DNA of 64,000 nucleotides. Origin: Thiohalomonadaceae bacterium. GTDB lineage: Bacteria > Pseudomonadota > Gammaproteobacteria > Thiohalomonadales > Thiohalomonadaceae. The position numbers and the translations under genes were made by a program. Positions within the stretch are counted from its first letter, which is position 1; every line of letters starts with the position of its first letter. Below the pieces are notes generated by a model. That model was not told the origin of the DNA. It searched no databases and saw nothing but the letters and a program-made list of their open reading frames with translations. Where the stretch lies: positions 38 through 64,037 of the forward strand of contig JBFEUI010000001.1 in NCBI GenBank assembly GCA_041547565.1. The letters run 5' to 3'. Below, piece by piece: positions 24,044-36,549 of this stretch.

Positions 24044-24820
24044 TTAACGGATGATGCTGCGTTCGGATTTTTCCAGGAACTCGGCAAAGCGTTTCACTTC
24101 ATCATGCGCATCGCCCATCGCAACGATCTGACGTTTTGCCTCCTCATACGGGTTGCCCTGGCGATAGAGGATTTTGTACACCGTGTTCAGATTGCGGATC
24201 TGCTCATCACTAAAGCCACGCCGCTTCAGGCCCACCTTGTTCAGTCCGTGAGGTGCGGCAGGATTGCCGTTGACCATCAGGTAGGGCGGCACGTCCTTTG
24301 AGATGGCACTGCCCATGCCGGTAAAGGCATAGCTGCCAACAGAACAGAACTGATGAATCAGGGTAAATCCACTTAATATGACGTAGTCACCGATAATCGC
24401 ATGGCCGGCGAGCGATGCATTATTGGAGAAGATAACATGGTTGCCTACCTGGCAGTCGTGAGCGATATGGATATAGGCCATCAGCAAATTATCATTACCG
24501 ATGCGCGTCACGCCGCCGCCACCCGGTGTGCCGCGGTTAATCGTAACGGACTCGCGGATGGTATTGCGATCGCCGATCTCAAGCCGTGTCGGCTCACCAT
24601 CATACTTGAGATCCTGCGGGGCTTCGCCAATGGAGGCAAACTGAAAGATTTTATTCTCGCGCCCGATACTGGTCGGACCGTTAATCACCACATGCGGGCC
24701 AATCCAGGTATTCTCACCAATTTCGACATCGGCACCGATGACACTGTAGGCACCGACAGTCACGCCCTCAGCCAGTTTTGCTGACGGGTCGATGATCGCA
24801 GTAGGATGAATCGCTGTCAT
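24044..24820 (-). CDS. lpxA: Acyl-ACP--UDP-N-acetylglucosamine O-acyltransferase
   Basis: Hexapeptide-repeat protein of 258 aa. [14 protein letters not shown]-terminus. fabZ-lpxA overlap. Confidence 0.95.
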   Translation of the reverse strand: MTAIHPTAIIDPSAKLAEGVTVGAYSVIGADVEIGENTWIGPHVVINGPTSIGRENKIFQFASIGEAPQDLKYDGEPTRLEIGDRNTIRESVTINRGTPGGGGVTRIGNDNLLMAYIHIAHDCQVGNHVIFSNNASLAGHAIIGDYVILSGFTLIHQFCSVGSYAFTGMGSAISKDVPPYLMVNGNPAAPHGLNKVGLKRRGFSDEQIRNLNTVYKILYRQGNPYEEAKRQIVAMGDAHDEVKRFAEFLEKSERSIIR

Positions 24821-25263
24821 TTAATCGCCTGTTCAGCACACATTAGGTCAGCGCTGGCGACAACCTTGCCATCCACGCTTGCCTCTGCCTTGAATTTCCA
24901 GATGCCACGTTTCTCCTTGACAACCTCAACATCCAGAATCATCTGATCACCGGGCACAACCGGTTTTTTGAAACGGCAGTTATCGATACCGGCGAAGAAG
25001 TAGAGCGAAGAGCCGTCAGGTTTGCTGCCGGTTGTTCTGAAGGCGAGGATGCCGGTTGCCTGAGCCAACGCCTCCATGATCAGAACGCCGGGGAAAATCG
25101 GACGCTCAGGAAAATGACCGGTAAACATCGGTTCATTGACTGAAACATTTTTCAGTGCCTTCAAACGCACCCCCGGCTCGCACTCCAGAACACGGTCGAC
25201 CAGCAAAAAGGGGTAGCGGTGCGGCAAGTGTTCGAGAATATCCTGAATATCCATTGTATCCAA
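24817..25263 (-). CDS. fabZ: 3-hydroxyacyl-ACP dehydratase FabZ
   Basis: [13 protein letters not shown] and FTGHFP motifs. Confidence 0.96.
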   Translation of the reverse strand: MDTMDIQDILEHLPHRYPFLLVDRVLECEPGVRLKALKNVSVNEPMFTGHFPERPIFPGVLIMEALAQATGILAFRTTGSKPDGSSLYFFAGIDNCRFKKPVVPGDQMILDVEVVKEKRGIWKFKAEASVDGKVVASADLMCAEQAIK

Positions 25264-25268
25264 TGTCG

Positions 25269-26300
25269 TTAACCTTCTTTTGTAAAATGTTTAATCTGTT
25301 TTTCCAACGCCTTGAGTCGACGTGCCATCTCGTCCAGCTGTTTGAAGCGTGCAAAGTTTTTATGCCAGCTTGTACTCGGCTCCAGCGGTGTCCCCGATGA
25401 ATAGACACCAGGCTCTTTTATTGATTTTGTCACCAGCGACATGGCGGTTATCGTAACACCGTCGGTGATTTCAAGATGTCCCAGAATACCGGCACCGCCG
25501 CCGATAGCACAGCGTTTTCCGATAATGGCACTGCCGGCAATGCCGACGCAACCCGCGATTGCGGATTGCTCGCCGATGTTCACGTTATGGGCAATCTGTA
25601 TCTGGTTATCCAGTATAACGCCGTTGCCGATAACCGTATCTTCAATCGCCCCACGATCAATCGTCGTATTGGCCCCTATCTCTACATCATCGCCGATGAC
25701 AACGCTGCCGAGCTGGTGGATCTTTACCCATTTGCCATTGTCATTGGCAAAACCAAAACCATCGCTTCCGATAACGGTACCTGAATGAATAATGCAGCGT
25801 TTACCAATGCGTACATCATGGTAAACGCTAACATTAGGGTGGAGGTGGGTCTGCTCACCGATTACAGTCCCCTTCTCGACAACACATCCTGCACCGATAA
25901 TTACACCGGCCTCAAGGATAACGCCATCACCAATCACACAATTGGCTGAAATGGTAGCGGACTCATGAATCCGAACATCATCTGCAATAACCGCGCTGGC
26001 GTGAACCTGACCGGCCTGCGGCCTTGCGGGAGCAAACAGTGCGCTTATGCGTGCATAGGTCAAATAGGGGTTGTCGCTGACCAGGGCATTGACCGGGCAG
26101 TGCTCCAGTTCGTCTGCCGGAAGGATTACCGCAGAGGCTCTGGTATCCTCCAGGTAGTGTCGGTACCGTGGGTGAGTCAGAAAACTGATACACCCCGGCC
26201 GGGCATGAGAGAGCGAGGCGACACCATCGATGACGCACCCGCCATCGCCCTTGAGCCGGGTACCCGTCTTTTCCGCCAATTCCCCCAGGGTGATACCCAC
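25269..26300 (-). CDS. lpxD: UDP-3-O-(3-hydroxyacyl)glucosamine N-acyltransferase
   Basis: 343 aa with extensive hexapeptide repeats. Position between skp and fabZ. Confidence 0.94.
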   Translation of the reverse strand: MGITLGELAEKTGTRLKGDGGCVIDGVASLSHARPGCISFLTHPRYRHYLEDTRASAVILPADELEHCPVNALVSDNPYLTYARISALFAPARPQAGQVHASAVIADDVRIHESATISANCVIGDGVILEAGVIIGAGCVVEKGTVIGEQTHLHPNVSVYHDVRIGKRCIIHSGTVIGSDGFGFANDNGKWVKIHQLGSVVIGDDVEIGANTTIDRGAIEDTVIGNGVILDNQIQIAHNVNIGEQSAIAGCVGIAGSAIIGKRCAIGGGAGILGHLEITDGVTITAMSLVTKSIKEPGVYSSGTPLEPSTSWHKNFARFKQLDEMARRLKALEKQIKHFTKEG

Positions 26301-26315
26301 GGCTACCGCACCACG

Positions 26316-26840
26316 CTATTTGGCATCTTGTGCAGATGAGGCCTGTTTTTTCAGTCTTTCGATGACCTTTCCAGTCAAGTCAACCTGTTCGCTGGCAAAC
26401 ACAACACCGCTTTCCAGAATCAAATCGAAATGTTCTTCCTTGGCAATCGCCACAATCGCTGCTGCAACCTCGCGCTGCAGTTTCGCAAACTCCTCATTGC
26501 GGCGTATGTTGAGGTCCTGGGTAAACTCCTCACGCGATCGCTTGATATCACGCTGCAGGCCCAGGATGTCGCGTTCCAGCTTTCTGCGAGCCTCTTCACT
26601 CATGATCGCGCCATCGCGCTGAAGTTGTTCCTCCTGCTTTTTCAGTTCCTTTTGCTGCGCCACGATACCTGCCTCACGCGATGCAAATTCACTTTGCAGC
26701 TTGTTACTCGCTGCCACTGCCTGTGGTGCCTTCTCAACGACTCTCTTGGTGTGTACATAACCAATACGTACTTCAGCATGTGCCACGCCGCTGGCCATGA
26801 GAACCAGCATTGCTATTGATAGTGCAATTTTTTTATACAT
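26316..26840 (-). CDS. skp: Periplasmic chaperone Skp (OmpH)
   Basis: Signal peptide MYKKIALSIAMLVLMASGVAHA and a charged coiled-coil body. bamA-skp-lpxD order. Confidence 0.88.
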   Translation of the reverse strand: MYKKIALSIAMLVLMASGVAHAEVRIGYVHTKRVVEKAPQAVAASNKLQSEFASREAGIVAQQKELKKQEEQLQRDGAIMSEEARRKLERDILGLQRDIKRSREEFTQDLNIRRNEEFAKLQREVAAAIVAIAKEEHFDLILESGVVFASEQVDLTGKVIERLKKQASSAQDAK

Positions 26841-26870
26841 GGTGTTATATCGTCTCCTCGCACCCCGGGA

Positions 26871-29186
26871 TCAGAATCCAGTACCCATGGTAAACTGGAA
26901 TTCCTCCGTTTCATCTCCCGTTTTTTCATTCAAAGCTTTGGCGAAACTGAACATCAGAGGGCCTACCGGCGTGAACCACTGGAAGCCTATCCCCGCCGAG
27001 TAGCGCAACTCCTCCGAGTCAAAATCACTACCATCATATACGTTACCGCCATCGACGAACAGGCTCAAGCGTGATGCCTTGGATTTTTCCGCGAACGGCG
27101 GCACGTAAAACAGCTCGATATTGCCCACTAACCGCAGATTGCCGCCAATGGGGTCATTGTAAGAATCACGCGGTCCCAGACTGTTAATACGATAACCCCG
27201 CACCGTGTACATACCGCCGGCAAAGTAGCGTTCCCAGGGCGGCAACTCCGAGGTATCACCGAAACTGTCCCCATAACCGAGCTGGAAACGGGGCGAAAAG
27301 GTCAGCTTTTCGGTCAGCTCAAAATAGTGCTTCTGCCTGAGAGAGAGCTTGTAGTAGTCCATCGGGTACTCGCCCACTGCAGAGGACACCTCCAGAGAGG
27401 CGCTGACTTGCCCCCCACTGGTCGGGAACATGGCCCTGTTGCGCGTATCGTGCACCCAGCTTATCGACGGTTTGAGGACATTGAACACACAGTCATCGGT
27501 GGCTGCATTCTGCTCACAGAAACCGGTGATGTTCTCCGAGGAGCCACTATCGGTATGGATCTCAATATTTTCGTAATCGATACCGGTTCTCACGCTGTCA
27601 TGCTCGCTGAGAGGGACACCGAAACTGATGCCGCCACCGAAGCGGTTCATGATGTAATCGGTGGTTTGCAGCTCACCGGCATCGGTTTCACTGTAAAACA
27701 GATGATAACCCCGGCTCACGCCATCCATTGTATAGTACGGATCAGTGAAGCTGGCGCTTACTGAAGTGGATGCGGCACTGTGGCTGACATTGGTGCTGAA
27801 CTTGTTCCCGGTACCGAAGAAATTCTGCTGGTTCACACCCGCCGTGATGGTAAAGCCCTGCGCCTCACCGTAACCGATACCGAAATTCAGACTGCCGAAG
27901 GTGTCATTCTCGACCACATCGTAGTTTACGTCCACCATGTCAGGACTGCCCGCTACTGCCGGTGTCTCCACATTGACCTGCTGGAAATAGCCCAGACGAT
28001 CAAGCCGGGTACGTGAGCGCTTTATCTTGGCCGAGGATATCATCCCGCCTTCCATCTGCCGCAACTCGCGTCGCAACACCTCGTCCATCGTGTAGATGTT
28101 GCCGTTGATATTTACACGATTCACATAGGCACGTTTCCCCGGATCGACATAAAAGGTCAACGCCACCTTTTTATTCTCCTTGTCGATATCGGGTACCGGG
28201 TTCACGTTGGCAAATGCATAGCCGTCATCGCCAAGGCGCTCACTGATGTTATTGGCACTCTGGGTCACCTTTCGCTGCGAGAAGATGTCTCCCGCCGACA
28301 CCTCAATCTGCTTGCGTATCTCCTGTTCGCTAAAATGCAGCTCACCGGCAAGCTTTACCTCGCTAATCGTATACTGCTCGCCTTCAGTAATATTTATCGT
28401 AATGTAAACATACTCTTTATCGGGTGTGATCGTTACCTGCGTGGAATCGATATTGAAATTGATGTAGCCGCGGTCCAGGTAGTACGAACGCAACGCCTCA
28501 AGATCCCCGGTAAGTCTTTGCTTCGAGTATTTATAGCTATCGTCGAAAAGCGAAAAAAACGGCTTGGTGCCCGACTCGAACTCATCCAGCAGTGTCTGTT
28601 CGTCAAACACAGTGTTGCCGACAATATTCAAACGCTGGATAACCGCTGCCTCCCCTTCATAAATCTCAACACGCACGGCAACACGGTTACGCTCCAGCGG
28701 CGTCTCTTCGGTTCGTATATTGACGTTGTATTTGCCCAGCGACAGGTACTGGCGCTTCAGTTCCTGTTCAACCTTGTCGAGCAGTGAACGGTCAAGTACC
28801 CGTCCCTCGCTCAGACCCAGCTGTTTAAGGTTGGCCGTCAGCTGATCTTCCGGGATATCATCATTGCCCTCGATCTCAATGCTCGCGATTGCCGGACGCT
28901 CCGCCACAAACACCACCAGGGCATTGCCTTCGCGCTCCAGCACCACATCCTTGAAAAAACCGGTTTTGTACAGCGAACGGACGGCATGGGAACTTACCTC
29001 ATCATCAAAGCGATCACCCACCTTCACCGGCAGGTAATTGAACACTGTCCCCACGGAAATACGTTGCAGACCATCGACGCGTATGGTTTCCACCTCGAAC
29101 GGCTCAAACGCATAAACACGCAACGGTATAAGTACTGCCAGAAAGAATGACAGACAGCTGTTTCTGATAATTGTTGTTGTAAACAT
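26871..29186 (-). CDS. bamA: Outer membrane protein assembly factor BamA
   Basis: 771 aa. POTRA repeats plus a C-terminal beta-barrel ending in aromatic F. Confidence 0.96.
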   Translation of the reverse strand: MFTTTIIRNSCLSFFLAVLIPLRVYAFEPFEVETIRVDGLQRISVGTVFNYLPVKVGDRFDDEVSSHAVRSLYKTGFFKDVVLEREGNALVVFVAERPAIASIEIEGNDDIPEDQLTANLKQLGLSEGRVLDRSLLDKVEQELKRQYLSLGKYNVNIRTEETPLERNRVAVRVEIYEGEAAVIQRLNIVGNTVFDEQTLLDEFESGTKPFFSLFDDSYKYSKQRLTGDLEALRSYYLDRGYINFNIDSTQVTITPDKEYVYITINITEGEQYTISEVKLAGELHFSEQEIRKQIEVSAGDIFSQRKVTQSANNISERLGDDGYAFANVNPVPDIDKENKKVALTFYVDPGKRAYVNRVNINGNIYTMDEVLRRELRQMEGGMISSAKIKRSRTRLDRLGYFQQVNVETPAVAGSPDMVDVNYDVVENDTFGSLNFGIGYGEAQGFTITAGVNQQNFFGTGNKFSTNVSHSAASTSVSASFTDPYYTMDGVSRGYHLFYSETDAGELQTTDYIMNRFGGGISFGVPLSEHDSVRTGIDYENIEIHTDSGSSENITGFCEQNAATDDCVFNVLKPSISWVHDTRNRAMFPTSGGQVSASLEVSSAVGEYPMDYYKLSLRQKHYFELTEKLTFSPRFQLGYGDSFGDTSELPPWERYFAGGMYTVRGYRINSLGPRDSYNDPIGGNLRLVGNIELFYVPPFAEKSKASRLSLFVDGGNVYDGSDFDSEELRYSAGIGFQWFTPVGPLMFSFAKALNEKTGDETEEFQFTMGTGF

Positions 29187-29196
29187 GAGTGCTTTC

Positions 29197-30558
29197 TTAT
29201 CCGCTCAATCGAGCAATATCGTTGTAAAACGCAATCATCATCAGTGCAAAAATCAGTGTCAGCCCGATGCGCTGCCCGATCTCCTCGGCACGTTCTGACA
29301 CGGGTCGCCCCCTGAGCAGTTCATAGACATAAAACATCAGGTGGCCGCCATCGAGCACGGGAATCGGCAGCAAATTAAGCACGCCAAGACTCAGGCTCAC
29401 GATGGCCAGAAAACCGAGAAACTGACTGACGCCTGCCAGTGCGGAACTCTTGGCGAACTGCGCGATAGTGATAGGGCCGCTGATATTCTCTACCGAGGCA
29501 CGCCCCACCAGCATCTCCCACATCAGCCGCAGTGTCAGCAGGGACATTTCACCAGTCTTGCCGACGGCAGCAGTGAAGGCCTGCACGGGCCCGTAGCGCA
29601 GCTCGCTGCGGTATTTTTCAAACAGGACCGGATCAAGTTTCACGCTGGCGCCAATCTTGCCCACAACCCCTGCTTTACTCTCCACGCGTTCTGGGATCAC
29701 CACTATCTGGCGGAACTGCTGCCCGCGCATGACGCCGAAGCGCAGTGATTTGCCGGGGGATGACTGGATGATTGCCACCAGATCGCGCCATTGGGCTACC
29801 GCTTGGTCTTCCACGGAGACGATTTCATCACCCGCCCGCAAACCGGCAGCCTGGGCCGCAGAGCCGTCTACAACCTCGTCAATCACAGGCCTGATTGGCG
29901 GTCTGAACGGCTGCAGTCCGGTACGTTTGAATACCTGCTCGGGGGGGATATCCTCCTCAAGCGCATCCAGGCGAAGTGTCCGCTGAAACTCCCGCTCTCC
30001 ATCGCTCACATGGAGCACTACCGGCTCTTTAAGCAGCAGTTTTGGCAGCAGTGCATCCAGCACCGAACCCCATGTGGGGGTCTGAACCTCATCCACCGCC
30101 ATGATCTGCTGACCGGACTGCAGTCCCGCATGGTAGGCCGGTGTCTCGACAGGCACCTCACCAAGCAGCGGCCGGACACCCGTTACACCGATGACAAACA
30201 TCAACCAGTAGGCGACGATCGCAAACAGGAAGTTAAACACCGGACCCGCGGCAACAATGGCAAAACGCCTGGCAACGCCCTGACGGTTAAAGGCACGCGG
30301 CAACTCGTGCGCTTCGACCTCCCCCTCACGTTCGTCAAGCATTTTCACGTAGCCGCCCAGCGGCAGTGCGGCAATCACATATTCGGTCTCCCCATCCCTG
30401 CTCCGCTGGCGCCACAGCACGCGACCGAAGCCAATGGAAAACCGCAGCACCTTCACCCCCATCTTTCGGGCCACCCAGAAGTGGCCGTACTCGTGCACGG
30501 CGATCAGCAGACTGAGTGCAACAAGGAAGGCAGCAATGGTGAGCAGCAGATCAATCAT
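29197..30558 (-). CDS. rseP: RIP metalloprotease RseP
   Basis: HEYGHFWVAR zinc motif, PDZ region and C-terminal LDGGH. Confidence 0.94.
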   Translation of the reverse strand: MIDLLLTIAAFLVALSLLIAVHEYGHFWVARKMGVKVLRFSIGFGRVLWRQRSRDGETEYVIAALPLGGYVKMLDEREGEVEAHELPRAFNRQGVARRFAIVAAGPVFNFLFAIVAYWLMFVIGVTGVRPLLGEVPVETPAYHAGLQSGQQIMAVDEVQTPTWGSVLDALLPKLLLKEPVVLHVSDGEREFQRTLRLDALEEDIPPEQVFKRTGLQPFRPPIRPVIDEVVDGSAAQAAGLRAGDEIVSVEDQAVAQWRDLVAIIQSSPGKSLRFGVMRGQQFRQIVVIPERVESKAGVVGKIGASVKLDPVLFEKYRSELRYGPVQAFTAAVGKTGEMSLLTLRLMWEMLVGRASVENISGPITIAQFAKSSALAGVSQFLGFLAIVSLSLGVLNLLPIPVLDGGHLMFYVYELLRGRPVSERAEEIGQRIGLTLIFALMMIAFYNDIARLSG

Positions 30559-30567
30559 TATTTAATG

Positions 30568-31761
30568 TTAGTCCCCGAGGGTATTAACCAGTTTGATCGC
30601 CTGTTCACGTGCAGCACGGTCGACCTGTACGATCTCCTCCACCCCGCAGGCCTCCGTCATCACTGTATTTTCAAGTGCCGCCTCGATTACCCTGGGAATC
30701 GCGCTAAAGGCGATCTGCCTGTTTAAAAAGGCTTCCACGGCGATCTCATTGGCGGCATTCAGGACCGCCGGGGTGTTGCCGCCTGCCTCCATCGCCTCGA
30801 TGGCCAGCTTCAGACAGGGAAAACGCGCGTAATCGGGTGCCTCAAAATCAAGGCGAGCCACCTCAAAGATGTCGATATCCGCCACGCCCGACTCCATTCT
30901 CTCGGGCCATGCCATGGCATGGGCGATCGGTGTGCGCATATCGGGATTGCCCAGCTGCGCCAGCACCGATCCGTCCACATACTGCACCATGGAGTGAATG
31001 ACACTCTGCGGATGCAGCACCACCTGAATCTTTGCCGGGGAGGTGTTAAACAGCCAGCACGCCTCGATCACCTCCAGCCCCTTGTTCATCATGGTGGCCG
31101 AATCGACCGATATCTTGCGGCCCATCTCCCAGTTGGGGTGTGCCACGGCCTGCTCGGGCGTCACATGCTTCAACTCAGCAAGCGGCGTGGTGCGGAAAGG
31201 GCCGCCCGAGGCAGTGAGCAGTATGCGGCTGACACCGCTATGCTCCAGACCGTCGGAAAAACGGTTCGGCATGCACTGGAAAATGGCGTTGTGCTCGCTG
31301 TCTATCGGCAACAGTTCGGCACCATGTTTCTGTATTTCATCCATAAACAGGCGACCGGACATCACCAGTGCCTCTTTATTGGCCAGCAGCACCCGTTTGC
31401 CCGCCCTGGCCGCTGCCAGGGTCGGCCGCAAACCGGCCGCACCGACAATGGCCGCCATCACCTGATCGACCTGGGGCAGCGAGGCCAGTGTCTCAAGCCC
31501 CTCGACACCGGCCATTACCTTGATATCCGACAGTTCACCGGACAGCATGGTTGCGAGCCGTTCAGCGGCAGCCTCATCGGCCATGGCTACATACTCGGGA
31601 TGGAACTGCACACACTGCTCATAGATGCGCTCGACCTGGGTGTTGGCCGTCAACGCCACCACGCGATAGCGCTCGGGATGGCGGGCAATCACATCCAGGG
31701 TGCTTACACCGATGGAACCGGTTGCGCCGAGGATGGTAACACCAGTCACTGAAGCCCCCAT
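30568..31761 (-). CDS. dxr: 1-deoxy-D-xylulose 5-phosphate reductoisomerase
   Basis: [20 protein letters not shown] motif. The start may instead be GTG 31749. Confidence 0.95.
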   Translation of the reverse strand: MGASVTGVTILGATGSIGVSTLDVIARHPERYRVVALTANTQVERIYEQCVQFHPEYVAMADEAAAERLATMLSGELSDIKVMAGVEGLETLASLPQVDQVMAAIVGAAGLRPTLAAARAGKRVLLANKEALVMSGRLFMDEIQKHGAELLPIDSEHNAIFQCMPNRFSDGLEHSGVSRILLTASGGPFRTTPLAELKHVTPEQAVAHPNWEMGRKISVDSATMMNKGLEVIEACWLFNTSPAKIQVVLHPQSVIHSMVQYVDGSVLAQLGNPDMRTPIAHAMAWPERMESGVADIDIFEVARLDFEAPDYARFPCLKLAIEAMEAGGNTPAVLNAANEIAVEAFLNRQIAFSAIPRVIEAALENTVMTEACGVEEIVQVDRAAREQAIKLVNTLGD

Positions 31762-32555
31762 AACACCCCCACTGCGTAGAGCGGCGCTGCGGCCGTCAGG
31801 CTGTCGATACGGTCCATCACACCACCGTGTCCCGGCAAAAGACCGCCGCTGTCCTTTATATCCACAATTCGCTTAAACATACTTTCATTCAGATCACCCA
31901 GTACGGAGATGGATACGCTAAGCAGACACAGCAATACAAAAGTGCCTGCCGAAACCGAGGGTGAGAGCCAGTAATAGCCGACCAGGGCCAGCAGCAGCGT
32001 CATCAGCAGCGCGCCATACACACCCTCCCAGGACTTGCCGGGACTGACCCGCGGCGCCAGCTTGTGTTTACCGAAACGGCGGCCTGCAAAGTAGGCCCCG
32101 GTATCGGCACCCCAGACCAGAAGCATCAGCAAAATGACATAGCCCGGACCCGCCTCACGATGCAGCAACACCAGTGCCGCCCACGCCGGCAACAGTACCA
32201 GTACGCCGGCCACAGCCCGTGCACCGTGTGAATCGCGCCATACCCCGCTGCCGTTGGGATAGCGCAACACGGCAACCAGCGCGACTGTCCACCACAACAG
32301 GGCGGCTAGCGCCAGCAGCACGGCAAAGGGCATGAAGCCGAGGCAGAGGAACGTCCCCGCTGACAGCAGCATCAACGCAACCAGATACAGCACCCGCCCG
32401 GTCACCTGATAACCGACCAGCCTGGACCACTCCCAGGCGGCCAGGGCAAAGACAACGGCAAACATCAGGGCAAACAGCGGTGTGGATAAAGTGAAAATGG
32501 CCCACAAGGTCAGGGGCGCGAGTATCAGCGCAGTGATAATACGTTGCTTAAGCAT
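31746..32555 (-). CDS. cdsA: Phosphatidate cytidylyltransferase
   Basis: Polytopic membrane protein with the signature [28 protein letters not shown]. Confidence 0.94.
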   Translation of the reverse strand: MLKQRIITALILAPLTLWAIFTLSTPLFALMFAVVFALAAWEWSRLVGYQVTGRVLYLVALMLLSAGTFLCLGFMPFAVLLALAALLWWTVALVAVLRYPNGSGVWRDSHGARAVAGVLVLLPAWAALVLLHREAGPGYVILLMLLVWGADTGAYFAGRRFGKHKLAPRVSPGKSWEGVYGALLMTLLLALVGYYWLSPSVSAGTFVLLCLLSVSISVLGDLNESMFKRIVDIKDSGGLLPGHGGVMDRIDSLTAAAPLYAVGVLWGLQ

Positions 32556-33300
32556 TGTTCGATTCGGCCTCCACTTGTTCGCCGGTGCGCCCGAAACGGC
32601 GCTGGCGGCTGGCGAAGGATGTCAAGGCATCCTCGAACGCCTGCTCCCTGAAGTCAGGCCACAGCAGGGGGGTAAAGTAGAGTTCGGTATAGGCGAGTTG
32701 CCAGAGCAGGAAGTTGCTGATGCGTTGTTCACCGCCGGTACGTATGAACAGGTCCGGTTCGGGCAAATCGGCAAGCGAGAGCTGCGCGGCGATACGATCG
32801 GGGTTGATGTCATCACAGGACAACTCACCCGAGGCCACCCCGGCGGCCAGTTTGCGTACCGCCTCGGTAATATCCCAGCGCCCGCCGTAGTTGGCGGCAA
32901 CGACCAGGGTCAGCGCGTCATTGTCACGGGTCAGTGCCTCGGCCGCTTCAATGCGCTGTTGCAGTTCGGGAGCGAAGGCGCTGCGTTCGCCGATAATACG
33001 CAGGCGTACGCCGTTTTGGTGCAATTTTTTTACTTCCTTGTCCAGGGCAGTCATAAACAGCCCCATCAACAGGCTAACCTCCTCCTGCGGACGGCGCCAG
33101 TTTTCACTGCTGAAGGCAAACACGGTGAGCGCAGCAATACCTTTTTCCAGGCACATCTTCACCACGCTGCGCACCGATTCCATCCCGGCGCGGTGGCCGG
33201 CAAAGCGCGGCAGCAGCCGTTTACGCGCCCAGCGACCATTACCATCCATAATAATGGCAACATGCCGCGGCAGACGTTGCTCGCTCTGTGGCTCGACCAT
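32548..33300 (-). CDS. uppS: Ditrans,polycis-undecaprenyl-diphosphate synthase
   Basis: PRHVAIIMDGNGRWA motif. Confidence 0.96.
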   Translation of the reverse strand: MVEPQSEQRLPRHVAIIMDGNGRWARKRLLPRFAGHRAGMESVRSVVKMCLEKGIAALTVFAFSSENWRRPQEEVSLLMGLFMTALDKEVKKLHQNGVRLRIIGERSAFAPELQQRIEAAEALTRDNDALTLVVAANYGGRWDITEAVRKLAAGVASGELSCDDINPDRIAAQLSLADLPEPDLFIRTGGEQRISNFLLWQLAYTELYFTPLLWPDFREQAFEDALTSFASRQRRFGRTGEQVEAESNNA

Positions 33301-33350
33301 ATTACAGCTTCAGCAAATGTGACAGGTGTTATCGTTGAGGATTCGGTAAA

Positions 33351-33908
33351 TCAGATCTCCATGAGATCCTTTTCTTTTTCCTCAAGCACCCGGTCAACTT
33401 CAGCCACGTATTTGTCGGTCAGTTTCTGTATCTGTTCTTCCGCACGACGTTCATCATCCTCGGTGATCTCCTTCTCCTTGAGCAGTGCCTTGAAGTCGGA
33501 GTTGGCATCACGCCGGATATTGCGGATGGCGACCTTCGCCCCCTCACCCTCGTGGCGCACAACCTTGATCATGTCGCGGCGGCGCTCCTCGGTCAGCGGC
33601 GGCATCGGAACACGGATAACGGTACCGGCGGTCGCAGGATTCAGGCCCAGGTCGGAGTTGATGATGGCCTTTTCAATCACCGGCACCATCTGTTTCTCCC
33701 AGGGGGTCACAGTCAGCGTTCGGGCATCCTCAACCGCAATATTCGCCACCTGGTTGAGCGGTACTTCCGAGCCGTAGTAGTCGACATGTACATGGTCCAT
33801 CAAACTGGGGTGCGCACGCCCGGTGCGCAACTTGGTAAGTTCGTTTATCAGTGCATCCACGCTCTTTTTCATGCGCGTTTCGGCATCTTTATTAATTTCG
33901 TCGATCAT
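33351..33908 (-). CDS. frr: Ribosome recycling factor
   Basis: 185 aa. Conserved pyrH-frr order and typical RRF sequence. Confidence 0.96.
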   Translation of the reverse strand: MIDEINKDAETRMKKSVDALINELTKLRTGRAHPSLMDHVHVDYYGSEVPLNQVANIAVEDARTLTVTPWEKQMVPVIEKAIINSDLGLNPATAGTVIRVPMPPLTEERRRDMIKVVRHEGEGAKVAIRNIRRDANSDFKALLKEKEITEDDERRAEEQIQKLTDKYVAEVDRVLEEKEKDLMEI

Positions 33909-33979
33909 GCACCATCTCCTCGTAACAATCGTGCCGTTATCACACCTGTCATCACAACGTGTTCACCCGGCACCAGACT

Positions 33980-34708
33980 CTAGCGTTCGACGAGTGTCCC
34001 TTCATCCTCGCCCTTGACGATACGCATCAGGGCACCCGCTTTATTCATGTCAAACACCCGCAGCGGCAGATCGTGGTCGCGGCACAACACGATGGCGGTC
34101 AGGTCCATCACGCCCAGTTTGCGCTGCAACACCTCATCGTAGCTGAGCCGTTGAAAACGCTGTGCCTCGGGATTTTTCACCGGATCATCGGAGTAGACCC
34201 CGTCAACCTTGGTCGCCTTCAGCACCAGATCGGCATTGATCTCGATGCCGCGCAGGGTAGCGGCCGAATCGGTGGTAAAAAACGGGTTACCGGTACCTGC
34301 GGCAAAAATGCAGACCCGCCCCTTCTCCAGGTGGCGAATGGCACGACGACGCACGTAATCCTCACACACCTGGTGGATGGGCAGGGCTGACATCACTCGC
34401 ACCGCCACATCCTCGTGTTCCAGGGCGTCCTGCACCGCCAGGGCATTGATGACCGTCGCCAGCATCCCCATATGGTCGGCGGTCGCACGCTCCATGCCGC
34501 CGGCGGCGAGGCTCACGCCACGAAAAATATTTCCGCCGCCGATAACCAGCCCCACCTGCACCCCTGCCCTGATCAACTCGGCAATCTCACCGGCAGTACG
34601 CTTGACGATTGCCGGGTCGATACCAAAACCCTGTTCCCCCATCAGGGCTTCACCGCTGATCTTCAACAGGATCCGTTTGTATGCAAGTGCGGGGCTGTTA
34701 TCGGACAT
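33980..34708 (-). CDS. pyrH: UMP kinase
   Basis: [13 protein letters not shown]-terminal motif. Confidence 0.96.
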   Translation of the reverse strand: MSDNSPALAYKRILLKISGEALMGEQGFGIDPAIVKRTAGEIAELIRAGVQVGLVIGGGNIFRGVSLAAGGMERATADHMGMLATVINALAVQDALEHEDVAVRVMSALPIHQVCEDYVRRRAIRHLEKGRVCIFAAGTGNPFFTTDSAATLRGIEINADLVLKATKVDGVYSDDPVKNPEAQRFQRLSYDEVLQRKLGVMDLTAIVLCRDHDLPLRVFDMNKAGALMRIVKGEDEGTLVER

Positions 34709-34711
34709 GGC

Positions 34712-35593
34712 TCAGCCCCCTTTGACCTGGGCCATTACCTCGTCAGCGAAGTTCTCGGTCTTCTTTTCGATGCCCTCGCCCACTTCCAGACGCTCGAAGC
34801 GCGTGACGCTGGCACCGGCACCCTTGAGCAGTTGCTCCACGCTCTGGTCGGGGTCCTTGACGAAGGGCTGACCGACCAGGGTGATCTCCTTGAGGAACTT
34901 CTTGATGCGTCCGCCAATCATCTTCTCGATAATCTCCGGCGGCTTGCCGCTCTCCTGCGCCTGTGCGGTGAAGATCTCCTTCTCCTTCTCGATGATCTCC
35001 GCAGGCACGTCCGCCTCGGAGATCGCCTGGGGACGGCTGGCCGCGATGTGCATGGCAATATCACGGGCCAGATCAGCATCACCACCGCTGAGTTCGACCA
35101 CCACGCCAATGCGGCCGCCGTGCAGGTAGCTGGCAAGTACGCCATCGGCAGTTTCGATCGTCTTGAAGCGACGTACATTCATATTCTCGCCAATCTTGGC
35201 AATCATGCGCTTCAGCGTATCGGCCACCGACTCGCCGGCAGCCATCATTTCGGCATTCAGGGCATCGATATCGGCGGGATTCTTCTCCATCACGATAGCG
35301 GCCACTTCGTTGCCGAAGTTTTTGAAATCATCACCCTTGGCCACAAAGTCGGTCTCGCAGTTGACTTCAACCATGACCGCCTTTTTGGCGTCATCGCTGA
35401 TCTGGATGATGATGACACCTTCGGCTGCGGTACGGCCGGCCTTCTTGTCCGCCTTGGCCAGACCGGTCTTGCGCATGTGCTCAATAGCGGCCTCGATGTC
35501 ACCGTCAGTCTCAACCAGCGCCTTCTTGCACTCCATCATGCCAGCGCCGGTGCGCTCACGCAGGTCCTTTACCATTGCAGCAGTTATTGCCAT
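34712..35593 (-). CDS. tsf: Translation elongation factor Ts
   Basis: [27 protein letters not shown]-terminus. Confidence 0.97.
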   Translation of the reverse strand: MAITAAMVKDLRERTGAGMMECKKALVETDGDIEAAIEHMRKTGLAKADKKAGRTAAEGVIIIQISDDAKKAVMVEVNCETDFVAKGDDFKNFGNEVAAIVMEKNPADIDALNAEMMAAGESVADTLKRMIAKIGENMNVRRFKTIETADGVLASYLHGGRIGVVVELSGGDADLARDIAMHIAASRPQAISEADVPAEIIEKEKEIFTAQAQESGKPPEIIEKMIGGRIKKFLKEITLVGQPFVKDPDQSVEQLLKGAGASVTRFERLEVGEGIEKKTENFADEVMAQVKGG

Positions 35594-35656
35594 GTCACAT
35601 TACCTCAAAAAATTTAACTTGTTCGACCGCCGCCCGGCGGCGGCCCTTTATAGACG

Positions 35657-35677
35657 TTCAGATTCCAAAAAAGGGGG
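35657..35677 (-). terminator. rpsB-tsf intergenic attenuator/terminator hairpin
   Basis: Minus strand reads GGGGGCAATGCCCCC followed by TTTTTT, 36 nt after the rpsB stop. Confidence 0.7.
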
Positions 35678-35713
35678 CATTGCCCCCTTTGTTGGTCGGA
35701 CGAAACGGCGAAA

Positions 35714-36469
35714 TCAGGCTTCTGCCTCAGCCACCGCCTCGGCCACCTCGACAAATTCGTCGCCTTCGCCTTCTGCCGCGGCACCCGAAGAGGTCTTGCC
35801 CTCCTGGATGGCGGTGGCTACGCCCTGGGTATAAAGGGTGATGGCACGAATCGCGTCATCATTGCCGGGAATGACATAATCAACACCCTCGGGCGAGTTA
35901 TTGGTATCAACGATGGCGATCACCGGGATACCCAGTTTGTTGGCCTCACTGACGGCAATCTTCTCATGACCGACATCAATCACGAACATCGCATCGGGCA
36001 GTCCACCCATATCCTTGATGCCGCCCAGGCTGCGTTGCAGCTTTTCCATCTCGCGACGGCGCATCAGGGCCTCTTTCTTGCTCAGGCGGTCAAGCGAACC
36101 GTCCTGGTCCATCGCCTCCAGGTCTTTCAGGCGCTTGATGGATTGCTTGACGGTTTTGTAATTGGTCAGCATGCCGCCGAGCCAGCGGTGGTTGACATAG
36201 GGCATGCCGCAGCGCTCGGATTCCTGTGCGACGATGTCGCGGGCCTGGCGCTTGGTGCCGACAAACAGGATATTGCCCTTTTTGGCCGCCAGCTTGGAGA
36301 TGAAATTGATCGCATCATTGTACAGCGGCAGGGTCTTTTCCAGATTGATTACGTGGATTTTATTGCGCTCACCGAAGATGTAGCTGGACATCTTGGGGTT
36401 CCAGTAACGCGCCTGGTGACCGAAATGTACGCCGGCCTCCAGCATTTGACGCATGGTAACGTTAGCCAT
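35714..36469 (-). CDS. rpsB: 30S ribosomal protein S2
   Basis: [28 protein letters not shown]-terminus. Confidence 0.97.
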   Translation of the reverse strand: MANVTMRQMLEAGVHFGHQARYWNPKMSSYIFGERNKIHVINLEKTLPLYNDAINFISKLAAKKGNILFVGTKRQARDIVAQESERCGMPYVNHRWLGGMLTNYKTVKQSIKRLKDLEAMDQDGSLDRLSKKEALMRRREMEKLQRSLGGIKDMGGLPDAMFVIDVGHEKIAVSEANKLGIPVIAIVDTNNSPEGVDYVIPGNDDAIRAITLYTQGVATAIQEGKTSSGAAAEGEGDEFVEVAEAVAEAEA

Positions 36470-36513
36470 GTTTACTCCTAACTCTAATGTTGGGTTGAAC
36501 CTCCATACACCCC

Positions 36514-36549
36514 GGGTATCAACCCGCCGAAGCAGGCACCCTAATACCC
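36514..36549 (-). promoter_or_regulatory. Structured rpsB 5' leader (candidate S2 autoregulatory element)
   Basis: The minus strand has an outer stem GGGTAT/ATACCC enclosing CCTGC-TTCG-GCGGG (UUCG tetraloop), about 45-80 nt upstream of the rpsB ATG. Confidence 0.35.

Noticed and set aside
32482-35617. Long plus-strand ORFs (32482-33777 and 34415-35617)
   Set aside because: Antisense to cdsA/uppS/frr and to pyrH/tsf, which are all unambiguous housekeeping genes.
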